From assembly GCA_964472085.1 (NCBI GenBank), contig CAYYIW010000018.1, positions 635-64,634 of the forward strand: a DNA stretch of 64,000 nt. The letters run 5' to 3'. Positions within the stretch are counted from its first letter, which is position 1. Each line of letters opens with the position of its first letter. A model generated the notes under the pieces. It was given only the letters and a program-made list of their open reading frames with translations, ran no database searches and had not been told where the DNA came from. The position numbers and the translations under genes are program-made. Positions 39,562-49,580 of this stretch are shown in pieces. The stretch is from an uncultured Rikenellaceae bacterium (GTDB taxonomy: Bacteria; Bacteroidota; Bacteroidia; Bacteroidales; VadinHA17).

Positions 39562-40281
39562 ATGACAAGAATAACATTTGCCGAAAAAGTAATAGAGTTC
39601 TGCAGGGAGCTTGATTTTAAGGATAATCTGCCTGGAGGTATTAACATTATGAATCCTTTCAGGGATAATCCCATGATCATGAATGTCATTGAGAATTTTT
39701 ACAGGAAATTCTATAATGATTATACAAAGCGACATTTAATACTTGGTATTAATCCCGGGAGGTTCGGTGCAGGTGTTACGGGAATACCCTTTACTGATAC
39801 AAAACGTCTTAAAAGCTGTTGCGGGCTGTCTGTTAAGGGGATGGAAACCTTTGAAACATCATCGGTATTTGTGTACGAAATGATAGCAGAATACGGGGGG
39901 GTGAAAAAATTCTATTCAGATTTTTTCATCAGTGCTGTAAGTCCTCTCGGATTTACTGTATCCAATAACAGAGGCAGGGAAGTTAATTATAACTATTATG
40001 ACAGCAGGGAACTTACTGATGCAGTTCATGATTTTATTTTAGAGAGTCTGAACATACAGCTGGATTTTGGAATTGAAACAGATGTTTGTTTTTGCCTTGG
40101 GACCGGCAAAAATTTCAAATTTCTGAAGAGGATTAATGATGAGCTCAAAATTTTCAATACCTTGATCGCGCTGGAGCATCCGCGCTATATAATGCAATAC
40201 AGGACAAAACAGAAGGACTATTATTTACAGAAGTATTTACATGAACTGGGAATGGTGAAAGTGGATGAAAAGAAAATTTAA
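39562..40281 (+). CDS. SMUG-like uracil-DNA glycosylase superfamily protein
   Basis: Motif GINPGRFGAGVTGIPFTD closely parallels SMUG1 motif 1 (GMNPGPFGMAQTGVPFGE, recalled from memory). Confidence 0.6.
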   Translation: MTRITFAEKVIEFCRELDFKDNLPGGINIMNPFRDNPMIMNVIENFYRKFYNDYTKRHLILGINPGRFGAGVTGIPFTDTKRLKSCCGLSVKGMETFETSSVFVYEMIAEYGGVKKFYSDFFISAVSPLGFTVSNNRGREVNYNYYDSRELTDAVHDFILESLNIQLDFGIETDVCFCLGTGKNFKFLKRINDELKIFNTLIALEHPRYIMQYRTKQKDYYLQKYLHELGMVKVDEKKI

Positions 40282-40302
40282 CAAACCGGTTAGAAAGAAG
40301 GA

Positions 40303-40719
40303 ATGAAAATATTGATATTATGTACGGGTAACAGCTGCCGCAGCCAGATGGCACATGGTTTTCTCCAGTCGTTTGATGATAACCTTGAAGTATATTCGGC
40401 TGGGACTTTCCCAGCATCAGCGGTTAATCCTGTGGCAATAAAAGTGATGTCGGAAGTTGGGATCGATATAAGCGGCAATATACCAGAAAATGTAAGCAGT
40501 TACATTGGCGAAAAGTGGGATTATGTGATAACAGTATGTGATAATGCCAGAGAAACATGCCCTGTTTTTATCGGAGATGTGAAACATAAATTACATATGG
40601 GCTTTGAAGATCCCTCGCTGTTTATTGGTAACGAGAAAGATACGCTTGCTGAGTTCCGGAGGGTGAGGGACAGTATAAAGACATCTTTCCAAAATTTCTA
40701 TCTTGATAAGCTGGCCTGA
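40303..40719 (+). CDS. arsC: Arsenate reductase, thioredoxin-coupled LMW-phosphatase type
   Basis: P-loop CTGNSCRS and a downstream Cys pair (VCDNARETC), spaced like Cys82/Cys89 of the Staphylococcus-type ArsC. Confidence 0.75.
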   Translation: MKILILCTGNSCRSQMAHGFLQSFDDNLEVYSAGTFPASAVNPVAIKVMSEVGIDISGNIPENVSSYIGEKWDYVITVCDNARETCPVFIGDVKHKLHMGFEDPSLFIGNEKDTLAEFRRVRDSIKTSFQNFYLDKLA

Positions 40720-40753
40720 CCTTACGCATCAATTTATCCAATACCGGCTGTCG

Positions 40754-41107
40754 TTATTTCTTTATTCCCTGTTTATGCAGGAGAATGGTCGTTTCATCAA
40801 CAGTAACAATGTGTCCTTTTCCTATCTTTTCAAAATAAGGCTTTATAGACTCAAAGAATGAATCAATTTTGGCTGGCTCATCAATTATTTCAACTATCAG
40901 CGGGAGTTTCTCTGAAATCTCCCATAATTTATTGGTATAAATCTCACTGCTTGATCCAAAACCCATTATGCCTTTTAATACGGTAGCACCTGCAATGCCA
41001 TACCTTCTGGCAGCAAATATTATCACCTCATAAAGAGGAGTATGCTTAAACTTGTCTGTTGAACTGATATAAATCCGTAACCTTTTTGCTTTGTCATTGA
41101 GATTCAT
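40754..41107 (-). CDS. DUF190 domain protein (commonly CrcB-associated)
   Basis: RLRIYISSTDKFKHTPLYEVII..ARRYGIAGATVLKGIMGFG pattern. Located 4 nt downstream of crcB. Confidence 0.8.
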   Translation of the reverse strand: MNLNDKAKRLRIYISSTDKFKHTPLYEVIIFAARRYGIAGATVLKGIMGFGSSSEIYTNKLWEISEKLPLIVEIIDEPAKIDSFFESIKPYFEKIGKGHIVTVDETTILLHKQGIKK

Positions 41108-41111
41108 GATG

Positions 41112-41489
41112 TTATATTGTTTTTGGTATAAGTACTCCTGCTAAAGTGGCTGCTATGCCAAGAAATATACTTAAGCCTGTGTATATGGCAAAATGATAAA
41201 AATCTCCATCCCTTAACATCGCGAGATTTTCATTTGCGAATGTCGAAAAAGTCGTGAATCCACCACAAAAACCAACAGCAAGAAACATTTTCCATCCCGG
41301 ATTTATAAATACCCCGCGGTCCGAGATACTATAAACGAGACCTATCAGGAAACACCCTGCTATATTGACCAGAAAAGTTCCGTAGGGAAAGGAAGAAGGG
41401 AAATGATTCTGCATTATTCTTGATACCAGAAACCTGGAGATACTTCCCAGAAATCCACCCGAACCTATCAGTAATAATGTCTTTATCAT
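41112..41489 (-). CDS. crcB: Fluoride ion channel CrcB/FluC
   Basis: 125 aa, four TM helices, GGFLGSISRF and GFCGGFTTFSTF motifs. Confidence 0.9.
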   Translation of the reverse strand: MIKTLLLIGSGGFLGSISRFLVSRIMQNHFPSSFPYGTFLVNIAGCFLIGLVYSISDRGVFINPGWKMFLAVGFCGGFTTFSTFANENLAMLRDGDFYHFAIYTGLSIFLGIAATLAGVLIPKTI

Positions 41490-41782
41490 AACAATACGTA
41501 AGCTGTTATTTAGCTGGAATACAGCATTATATGCAACAATAAGAATTGCCGGTGATACTCCTTTGAGTTATGCCGGAATATAGCCGTACTTTATTCAGGA
41601 CAAGGTAATACAAAGAAACTAATTGCTCGGTTTTTAAACCAGTTTTATTGAATTTTTATTGGATTTACAGCTTCTTGTATGTGACTGAACATTGTCACAA
41701 GGTCTTTGTTATCCATGTGAAAGAATTATTTTCCTGTTTAATGCAAAGCTCATTATATACCAGGGTTTAATGAAGTAGTAAA

Positions 41783-42226
41783 ATGATCAGTAAGCTGGCC
41801 CTTCTTGCGATTTTTGGTATTGCCATGGCACATTTTGAAGGAGTTGTTGTTGTTTACCTTCGTAAAGCTCTTGGTATGCTCGATTCCGAATCCAACAAGG
41901 AATCTCTGGAAAAAATCCCCAGGCGTTTTATGACAATTGAAATGACACGGGAGGTTGCAACCATTATCATGTTGATTGTAATAGCTGATATTTCAGGTGC
42001 AAATCTTCTCGAAAGGGGAATATTTTTTTTATGGACTTTTGCTTTCTGGGACCTGTTTTATTATGGTTCTCTTTATATCCTGATAAGGTGGCCGCCAAGC
42101 CTTATGACCATTGACGTCCTTTTTCTTATTCCAAAGCCATGGATAGCCCCTGTTTGGATTCCAGTGACTATTTCTTCTCTGACTATTATTATTATTGCTG
42201 TACTCGCATTAACAGGGCTTATTTGA
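41783..42226 (+). CDS. Hypothetical integral membrane protein
   Basis: 147 aa with four or five hydrophobic segments. No family recognised. Confidence 0.5.
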   Translation: MISKLALLAIFGIAMAHFEGVVVVYLRKALGMLDSESNKESLEKIPRRFMTIEMTREVATIIMLIVIADISGANLLERGIFFLWTFAFWDLFYYGSLYILIRWPPSLMTIDVLFLIPKPWIAPVWIPVTISSLTIIIIAVLALTGLI

Positions 42227-42300
42227 CCTTGAAAGGAATATAATGCTTGTGGCAATTGTCTTTTGTTTGGACTATTCATCAAAAAATTAAATATTATCAC

Positions 42301-43341
42301 ATGAAAAAATTGTCATTAATTGCAGTAAGTCTGTTATTGCTGTTTAGCGGATCAATCGTGTCAGGACAGGGCAAAAGTACCGGTTATACGATTGTTAACA
42401 GGTTCAATCTTCCCGGTGACGGGTTTTGGGATTATCTCTCTGTTGATGAAGCAGGAAGCAGATTATTTCTTTCTCATGGTACAGATGTCCAGGTAGTGAA
42501 TTTAAAAAACGGGCAGCTGTTAGGTACCATCGATGACACCCCGGGTGTTCATGGTATAGCACTGGCCCCTGATCTGAACAAGGCCTTTATAAGTGTTGGC
42601 CGCAACGCTTCAGTGAAAGTCATAAACTTCAACACTCTCGCCGTGATAGCCGATGTAAAGGTAACGGGTGAGAATCCTGATGCCATCATTTATGATAAGT
42701 ATTCCGGGAAAGTTCTGACATTTAATGGCAGGACAGCAAACTGTACGGTTATTGATGCCAAAACTGACAGGGTTGTTGGGACCATTGCACTTGAAGGGAA
42801 ACCGGAATTTCCTGCATCCGATGGCAAAGGTAAGATCTATGTTAATATTGAGGATAAAAGCCTGATTTCGGTTATTGACATCAACACAATGAAAGTTATT
42901 GCATCCTGGCCGATTACCCCTGGTGTGGAAGCTAGCGGACTGGCACTGGACAGGGAAACAAACCGCCTGTTTGCAGTCTGTAGAAATAAACTAATGGTTG
43001 TGGTTAATGCGGTATCAGGAAAAGTAATTACCAGTTTACCTATTGGTGGAGGGTGTGATGGCGTAAAGTTCGATCCGGAGCTTAAAAGAGCTTATGCCTC
43101 ATGTGGTGATGGAACAATGACAGTAGTACAGGAGGTAGATAAGGATCATTTTAAAGTACTCACCACAATTAGGACTGCTGCAGGGGCCAGAACACTTGCA
43201 GTTGATACAAAAACACATCATATATATACGCCTACAGCAGAATTTAATCCTGCACCTGCTCCCACAGCCGATAATCCGAGACCAAGAAGGAGCCTGAAAC
43301 CCGGATCTTTTTATGTTATTGACATAGCTCCTTCGAAATAA
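42301..43341 (+). CDS. Secreted YncE/YVTN-like beta-propeller repeat protein
   Basis: Signal peptide at the ATG at 42301 (MKKLSLIAVSLLLLFSG). Repeated ~40-aa blades (..GVHGIALAP..NKAF.., ..ASGLALD..TNRLF.., ..GARTLAVD..THHIY). Confidence 0.7.
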   Translation: MKKLSLIAVSLLLLFSGSIVSGQGKSTGYTIVNRFNLPGDGFWDYLSVDEAGSRLFLSHGTDVQVVNLKNGQLLGTIDDTPGVHGIALAPDLNKAFISVGRNASVKVINFNTLAVIADVKVTGENPDAIIYDKYSGKVLTFNGRTANCTVIDAKTDRVVGTIALEGKPEFPASDGKGKIYVNIEDKSLISVIDINTMKVIASWPITPGVEASGLALDRETNRLFAVCRNKLMVVVNAVSGKVITSLPIGGGCDGVKFDPELKRAYASCGDGTMTVVQEVDKDHFKVLTTIRTAAGARTLAVDTKTHHIYTPTAEFNPAPAPTADNPRPRRSLKPGSFYVIDIAPSK

Positions 43342-43391
43342 AACTAACATGTAATTTATTATAGGTAGTATCCGCTAAGGACTGACAGAGA

Positions 43392-43440
43392 GGGGTTGTT
43401 GATGAAGTATTCTATGCTTTTTCAGCAACCCTTTACATTT
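43392..43440 (+). terminator. Possible rho-independent terminator
   Basis: ggggttgttga / tcagcaaccc stem with a large ~19-nt loop, followed by a T-rich segment. Confidence 0.4.
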
Positions 43441-43556
43441 TGGCTAAATGTTAAGTAATTCTAAATTCTCGTCCGGGTTTTGTAAAACACAAAGACATTA
43501 AAGTTATTGTTTTATATTTAACAATTAAATGTACTACCTTAACTTCGATTCTCAGG

Positions 43557-46217
43557 ATGAAAAAAACCAATATCATTCACCGCTTATATTTTGTCTTCCT
43601 GCTTTCTGTTGCCGGACAATTCTTTTTTGCTGTTTCGGGTCAGAATACTACCGGTAAACAGGATAGTGTTGTCGATCTTAGTCACCCCAAACAGCCGGTT
43701 TATACAACAACAAGGCTTGTAACACCCAGGCCTGTTATTGACGGGAAACTGGACGATGAATGCTGGAAAAAGGGAACATGGGCGGGTAATTTTACACAAT
43801 ATATTCCAAAAGAAGGAGCAAAGCCGACATATCCGACAGAGTTCAATTTACAATATGATGATAAGAATATCTATGTAGCTATACGTGCTTTTGATGGTGA
43901 GCCAGAAAGGATACTACGGTTGGCCGGTGCAAGGGATGAGTTTGTCGGAGATATGGTAGGGATTAATTTCGACAGTTACCATGACTATAGAACAGGGTTT
44001 GAGTTCACTATTACAGCCTGGGGACAGAAGATTGACCTGGTTCTGTTTAATCCGGCAAACTGGGACACCAACTGGAATCCGGTCTGGAAGTGTAAGACCG
44101 GGCTTGAAGACTCAGCGTGGGTTGCAGAATATGAGATACCTTTCAGCCAGCTGAGGTACAGCCGCCAGAATGAACAGGTGTGGGGCATGCATTTATGGAG
44201 ATGGATATCAAGGCTTCAGGAGGAGAGCGACTGGGAAATACAAAGTAAAACGGGACCTGGGTTCCTCTATAATTTTGGGGAACTGCGTGGGATAAAAGGA
44301 CTTAAACGGTCAAAGAGACTGGAATTGTTGCCCTATACTCTGGGTGACCTTAAGACAATGAAAAAAGTACCGGATGACCCCTTTGCCGATAAAGGCCGGG
44401 TGTGGGGAGGCAATGCCGGTCTCGATGCAAAAATAGGAATATCAAGTAATTTCACTGTGGATCTGACTGTTAATCCTGATTTCGGGCAAGTTGAATCCGA
44501 TCCTTCAGTGATGAACCTTACAGCATTTGAGACTTTTTACGAAGAAAAAAGACCATTTTTTCTTGAAGGACTTACAATTTTCGATTATAAATTCGATAAT
44601 ATTAATCTTTTTTATTCCCGCAGGATAGGGCATGCTCCCTCACGGCCTGTTACTCCGGCAGATAACATGTTTGTCAAATCACCGGATAAAACAACTATCA
44701 TAAGCGCTGTCAAGCTAAGCGGAACAACATCCAAAGGATTGTCGGTTGGCTTGATACAAAGTGTAACGGCAAATGAGTTTGCACAGATCAGCGATCAGTA
44801 CGGAAACAGAAGCAATGTCAAGGTGGAACCACTGACAAGCTATACTGTGGGTCGTATTCAAAAAGGATATAACGAGGGCAATACGGTTATCGGGGGAATG
44901 GTGACCAGCACAAACAGGTCTATTGACAGTCCTAACCTTGAAACACTGAGCAAAAATGCATATACCGGAGGTCTTGACCTTCTGACCCATTTTAGGGATA
45001 AGGAATTTTTTATCAATGCCAAGCTCCTGGGCAGTTATATTGACGGAAGTGCAAAGGCCATTACCGCCCTTGAACAATCATCAGCCAGGTATTATCAGCG
45101 TCCGGGTGCCACATATGTCGATTATGATACAACAGCTACCAGCCTGAGTGGATGGGGTGGCAAATTTGTAATTGGGAAGGGATCAAAAGGCCATTGGAAA
45201 TATTCTGCCGGAGTTACCTGGCTTACTCCCGGCCTGGAGCTTAACGACCTTGGTTATATGAATTTTTCAGATTTTATTACACAGACCAACGAAGTTACAT
45301 ATCTCATAACTCAACCTGTATCCATTTTTAACAGCTACGATATAACCCTGGAGCAATTCAACTCGTGGGACTTCAGTGGCAGCTACCTTGGATCGGGGGG
45401 ACATCTTGCTTTTAATTCCACTTTTAAAAACCAGTGGAACCTTTCAGCTAACCTGATCTTCCATTCACAGAGCCTCGACACCAAAATACTGAGAGGAGGA
45501 TATGATATGATAATGCCATATAAGGTGACTTCATTCGGTAGCCTTACCACCGACCAGGCTAAAAAAGTCATAGCACAACTTCAGTACAGCTATGAAAAGT
45601 CAGGCAGTAATTCCTCAGAAAACTATGAGATTCAACCCCGGATAGTCTACAGACCAATAAACAACCTGAAACTGAGCGTAGCGGCAAATTATGACGGCAA
45701 CCGCGATAATCTTCAGTATGTGGATACTAAGACCTTTGCGACCGGAAACCGGTATATCCTGGGCAGGATAGACCAGAAAACACTGGGACTTACCTTCAGG
45801 GTCGATCTTTACATTACGCCTGAGTTTTCAATACAGTACTATGGCAGCCCGTTTATCTCAAAAGGTAAGTATTCCCAGCTCAAATATATTACAAATGCCA
45901 GGGCGGAGTCATACGATAACAGGTTCCAGTTATATAATACACAAACGTTACCGGATGGAACCTATCTTCTGAGCGATCCGCTTTATGGATCATATGACCT
46001 GGCGAATCCGGATTTTAATTTCCATGAATTCAGATCCAACCTTGTTGCCAAGTGGGAATATCGACTGGGGTCTTTTATATACCTGGTGTGGTCATCACAA
46101 CGATCGGGGACTACCGGTGATTCAAATGCATCATTCGGGGAATCATACAAACAACTTCGTAGTATCTTCCCGAATAATATATTTCTTATAAAACTAAATT
46201 ACTGGTTTTCGCTATAG
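43557..46217 (+). CDS. Secreted CBM9-like / DUF5916-like protein
   Basis: Signal peptide and an N-terminal IDGKLDDECW...W motif typical of CBM9/DOMON-like modules. The long C-terminal region is beta-rich. Family recalled from memory. Confidence 0.55.
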   Translation: MKKTNIIHRLYFVFLLSVAGQFFFAVSGQNTTGKQDSVVDLSHPKQPVYTTTRLVTPRPVIDGKLDDECWKKGTWAGNFTQYIPKEGAKPTYPTEFNLQYDDKNIYVAIRAFDGEPERILRLAGARDEFVGDMVGINFDSYHDYRTGFEFTITAWGQKIDLVLFNPANWDTNWNPVWKCKTGLEDSAWVAEYEIPFSQLRYSRQNEQVWGMHLWRWISRLQEESDWEIQSKTGPGFLYNFGELRGIKGLKRSKRLELLPYTLGDLKTMKKVPDDPFADKGRVWGGNAGLDAKIGISSNFTVDLTVNPDFGQVESDPSVMNLTAFETFYEEKRPFFLEGLTIFDYKFDNINLFYSRRIGHAPSRPVTPADNMFVKSPDKTTIISAVKLSGTTSKGLSVGLIQSVTANEFAQISDQYGNRSNVKVEPLTSYTVGRIQKGYNEGNTVIGGMVTSTNRSIDSPNLETLSKNAYTGGLDLLTHFRDKEFFINAKLLGSYIDGSAKAITALEQSSARYYQRPGATYVDYDTTATSLSGWGGKFVIGKGSKGHWKYSAGVTWLTPGLELNDLGYMNFSDFITQTNEVTYLITQPVSIFNSYDITLEQFNSWDFSGSYLGSGGHLAFNSTFKNQWNLSANLIFHSQSLDTKILRGGYDMIMPYKVTSFGSLTTDQAKKVIAQLQYSYEKSGSNSSENYEIQPRIVYRPINNLKLSVAANYDGNRDNLQYVDTKTFATGNRYILGRIDQKTLGLTFRVDLYITPEFSIQYYGSPFISKGKYSQLKYITNARAESYDNRFQLYNTQTLPDGTYLLSDPLYGSYDLANPDFNFHEFRSNLVAKWEYRLGSFIYLVWSSQRSGTTGDSNASFGESYKQLRSIFPNNIFLIKLNYWFSL

Positions 46218-46314
46218 TGCTGAATTGTAGTTATTTATTCGTGCCAGCAAGAGAGGCCTTATAAACTAAATTTGCCATAGGTGATAAAAAACTATGAAAA
46301 ATTTGCATTTATAT

Positions 46315-46351
46315 GTTATAAATATCTAACTTTGTGTTAGAAATATATAAC
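46315..46351. promoter_or_regulatory. Imperfect 16-nt inverted repeat (5-nt spacer); candidate operator of the XRE regulator operon
   Basis: gttataaatatctaac-tttgt-gttagaaatatataac (14 of 16 complementary). It ends 16 nt upstream of the ATG at 46367. Confidence 0.4.
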
Positions 46352-46366
46352 GTAATTCATATAATA

Positions 46367-46765
46367 ATGAAAAAAGCTATCCTTATTTTTGTTGTATCTG
46401 TGCTTGTTCTGATGACCACAGCACTATGGTTCTATTCTTCTGAGACGAGCATGAAAGCAGGCGATCTGTTACAGTTTGTTATTATTCTGCTTGTAGTTGT
46501 CTTTGCATTAATTTTTGGGTTTAAGAGACTCACAAGTGCCGGGAGAGGGGAGCCCGTTGAGGATGAAATGTCAAGAAAGGTGATTCGGAAGACATCCTCC
46601 CTGTCGTATTATATTTCGCTTTACCTGTGGGTTGGGATAATCTTTATCCAGGACAGGATAAAATTGGATACTGAGGAACTGCTTGGCATGGGTATCCTCG
46701 GCATGGCCCTGACATATGCGATTTGCTGGGTGATATTTAATTACTGGGGAGTAAAAAATGACTAA
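46367..46765 (+). CDS. Small integral membrane protein (partner of the XRE regulator)
   Basis: Four hydrophobic segments. Start taken at MKKAILIF (46367). The stop overlaps the next gene by 8 nt. Confidence 0.55.
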   Translation: MKKAILIFVVSVLVLMTTALWFYSSETSMKAGDLLQFVIILLVVVFALIFGFKRLTSAGRGEPVEDEMSRKVIRKTSSLSYYISLYLWVGIIFIQDRIKLDTEELLGMGILGMALTYAICWVIFNYWGVKND

Positions 46766-46979
46766 CAGGATTAAAGAACTCAGGGCCAGACACGGACTTA
46801 CCCAGGCTGAACTGGCAAAAAAAGTCAATGTAAGAAGGGAAACAATAGTATTCCTTGAGAAGAACAAATATTATCCTTCACTTAAGCTTGCTTATGATAT
46901 TGCACAAGTTTTTGGTGTAACTATTGAAGAAATCTTTATTTTTGGCATTTCAAATATCAAAGGCAGTTTTAATGACTGA
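46758..46979 (+). CDS. XRE-family helix-turn-helix transcriptional regulator (short, YozG-like)
   Basis: [56 protein letters not shown]. Confidence 0.85.
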   Translation: MTNRIKELRARHGLTQAELAKKVNVRRETIVFLEKNKYYPSLKLAYDIAQVFGVTIEEIFIFGISNIKGSFND

Positions 46980-47463
46980 GACCGGTGTTGTATTCAGACC
47001 AATTGAAGAAGGGGATAATAAGGAGATAGCAGAACTTATCCGGACTGTATTCAGGGAATTCGGCATAGATAAACCGGGAACCGTATACTATGATCCGACA
47101 ACAGATAATCTCTATAATTTATTCAGAAAAGAAGGCTCCGGCTACTGGATAGCTGAGGAGAACGGTAACATAATAGGCGGATGCGGGGTGTATCCGACTC
47201 AGGGTTTACCGGAGGGATGTGCCGAACTGGTGAAGTTATACCTTTCCTCCTCGCAGAGAGGAAAGGGAATAGGCTGGGGGCTAATGAAAAAGACATTTGA
47301 ACTGGCCAGGCAGCTGGGATATCGTCAATTATATCTTGAATCGCTTCCTGAACTTGGTAAAGCAATAAGTCTTTATGAAAGCGCAGGATTCAGGAAGTTG
47401 ACGGGACCCCTGGGTAATTCGGGGCATTTTGGCTGTAATATCTGGATGATACTGGATCTTTAA
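46972..47463 (+). CDS. GNAT-family N-acetyltransferase
   Basis: Acetyl-CoA motif [14 protein letters not shown]. The ATG at 46972 overlaps the XRE stop by 8 nt. Confidence 0.8.
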   Translation: MTETGVVFRPIEEGDNKEIAELIRTVFREFGIDKPGTVYYDPTTDNLYNLFRKEGSGYWIAEENGNIIGGCGVYPTQGLPEGCAELVKLYLSSSQRGKGIGWGLMKKTFELARQLGYRQLYLESLPELGKAISLYESAGFRKLTGPLGNSGHFGCNIWMILDL

Positions 47464-47532
47464 AAATTAATATTAATTAAGTCAGGTTTTTAGAAATTAA
47501 CAGGAATTTTTAACATTTAAAACAAAAATGAG

Positions 47533-47925
47533 ATGAATAGTGCTGCTGTTACAGGATCGTTTATTGTGATAATCGCTTTACTCTTTTATACCATAGGCTT
47601 TCTGAAGGTAAAAAAGATAAAGAGCATAAGCAATTTTGTACTTGTTTTTTATTCGATCGGTGTTTCTTTCGATATTACTGCAACAATTTTTATGATAATC
47701 GGCTCGACAAAGGGAATCATTACACCTCATGGTGTTATTGGTTACTCAGCGCTGCTGGCGATGCTCACAGATACAATTTTATTCTGGCGTCACAGGATAA
47801 AGTCCGGCATATCAGAGTTGCTTGGTAAAGGGGTCCAGCTGTATTCCAGAATTGCCTATTCATGGTGGGTGATTTGCTTTATTACCGGAGGACTGCTTGT
47901 CCTGGTCAGCAAGATGCCAAAATAA
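47533..47925 (+). CDS. Hypothetical integral membrane protein
   Basis: 130 aa with four hydrophobic segments. Confidence 0.5.
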   Translation: MNSAAVTGSFIVIIALLFYTIGFLKVKKIKSISNFVLVFYSIGVSFDITATIFMIIGSTKGIITPHGVIGYSALLAMLTDTILFWRHRIKSGISELLGKGVQLYSRIAYSWWVICFITGGLLVLVSKMPK

Positions 47926-48010
47926 GGATCCTTCAATAGGAAATAATTATCATTTGCTCCTGGTCTTTTCCGGTTGAAATACATAACTTAGCCTTCATTA
48001 TAAGGTAATT

Positions 48011-48391
48011 ATGAAGGGTATAAAATCTATGTTCATTAGTCGTTTGCGCAGTTTCAGATATGCTTTCAGTGGACTGGGCGACCTGTTAAGAAAGGAACCC
48101 AACGCAAGAATCCATCTTTTTGCTGTTCTGGCGGCGATAGTATTGGGTATTATCACCAGAATAACTCTGGTGGAATGGACAATAGTAATAGTTGTTGCAG
48201 GAATGGTCTTTATTTCTGAAATTATTAATACTGCAGTGGAAAGACTGGCTGATCTCATTGATCAAAGCAATAATGAAAAGATCAGGGCAATAAAAGATTA
48301 TTCAGCCGCTGCGGTCCTTGTCTCGGCAATTATTGCTCTGACTGCAGGATTGCTGATTTTCATTCCCGGATTGGTTGACCTGATCCGGTAG
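48011..48391 (+). CDS. dgkA: Diacylglycerol/undecaprenol kinase (DgkA family)
   Basis: FRYAFSGL, EPNARIH, and E.INTAVE.L.D motifs, with three TM helices. Confidence 0.85.
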   Translation: MKGIKSMFISRLRSFRYAFSGLGDLLRKEPNARIHLFAVLAAIVLGIITRITLVEWTIVIVVAGMVFISEIINTAVERLADLIDQSNNEKIRAIKDYSAAAVLVSAIIALTAGLLIFIPGLVDLIR

Positions 48392-48442
48392 ATGAATCAT
48401 TTATCTGTAATTTGTAAGGGCAGGCCCGTTCGGACATGCATC

Positions 48443-48664
48443 TTACTTACGTTTAAGAATTGATTCTGCTTCATGCCAGTCGCTTTCAGGCGTGCCATGT
48501 TCGCCCCTTGCGATCCTTTCATAATAAATTTCCCTGGCTTTTTCACGGATTTCATCTTCCGTCGGAGCCAATTTCCTTGTTGTAGTTCTTGCTTTTTTAG
48601 GAGCCGCGGCTGTTGCCGCTGGTTTTTTTGTCTTGCTGACAACCTTTTCTTTTTGTGTTTTCAT
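48443..48664 (-). CDS. DUF2934-like small basic protein
   Basis: I.EKAREIYYERIARGEHGTPESDW..AE matches the DUF2934 signature (recalled from memory). Confidence 0.65.
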   Translation of the reverse strand: MKTQKEKVVSKTKKPAATAAAPKKARTTTRKLAPTEDEIREKAREIYYERIARGEHGTPESDWHEAESILKRK

Positions 48665-48815
48665 TACCGGTAATTTTAACTTGTTTGATACAGCCTGTCT
48701 TCGGGGAACAAATTTACATGAATTAACTGTTCACTAATTTAATTTTGATCTCAAAATATTTAATTTCGGTTAAACTCAAAAGACATTATCTAATAATTTT
48801 ATTCTGATTGTATTT

Positions 48816-49109
48816 TCACTTATCCTCACTTTTTCCCTTTTTTTCCACTACAATTGTACAGTGTGATGCAAGGGCAGCAAGTGTACTTACTGCTGCAAAA
48901 ATAGGCGCCAGTACAACCCCTATGGCACCAACCGTAAGAGGAAATTCCATTATTGTCTCATCCTTCTCGTTCTTAATAATAACCCTGCGGGCGTTTCCTT
49001 CCCTGATGATCTCCTTTATTTTACCAAGAAGTTCATCTCCGGAGACTTTGAATGATTCCTGGTTTGTATTTTCACCATCTTTCATATTATCCTTATTTAT
49101 TACAATCAA
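48816..49109 (-). CDS. DUF4342-like protein
   Basis: F.VSG.ELL.KIKEII.EGNARR..I.N...E.IMEFPLTVG signature followed by a hydrophobic tail. Confidence 0.65.
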   Translation of the reverse strand: MIVINKDNMKDGENTNQESFKVSGDELLGKIKEIIREGNARRVIIKNEKDETIMEFPLTVGAIGVVLAPIFAAVSTLAALASHCTIVVEKKGKSEDK

Positions 49110-49580
49110 AGTTAGATTTTGTTTGGATCAAAGTCAATATTTTTACAGGGCTGACGATAATACTACCATGAATTAAGTTCACTGGTTAAGAGTAAATTAA
49201 TATGCTTTCAACCATTTTGGAATGACAAAATATATAAGACCATACCTGTCGGATGGCCTCAAAATTGACAAACCGGATCAGTAAGGGTTTATAGTTGGTA
49301 AAGACAGAGCTGTTTATTATATAGTTATCAAGCTATTCTGGCCGTCTGTCAGGTATGTATATGTTTATGCAAGAGTACCTTTAGACTGATTAGAAATTCA
49401 TCAGGGCCCGAAAAATCAAATGGATTATTTTTGTTATTGTGTATTTTAATTGAAATGGACTTAACATGAATATATCAAACAGAAATCCTTCATTTTGAAT
49501 TCATCTGTCTGTTTTAGATTATTCTTGTGTTCGCTTAAAGGAGCCTTCAACCTCAATAAATAATTATTGGCATATTATTT

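Noticed and set aside
41490-41782. Fluoride (crcB motif) riboswitch expected upstream of crcB.
   Set aside because: I reverse-complemented the whole leader and looked for the conserved GGnGAUG...AACCGCC...UGAUGA..CCUAC core. Only a weak resemblance (gcuaaauaacagcuuac) was found, without the 5' pseudoknot partner. I do not call it, but an Infernal scan should confirm its absence.
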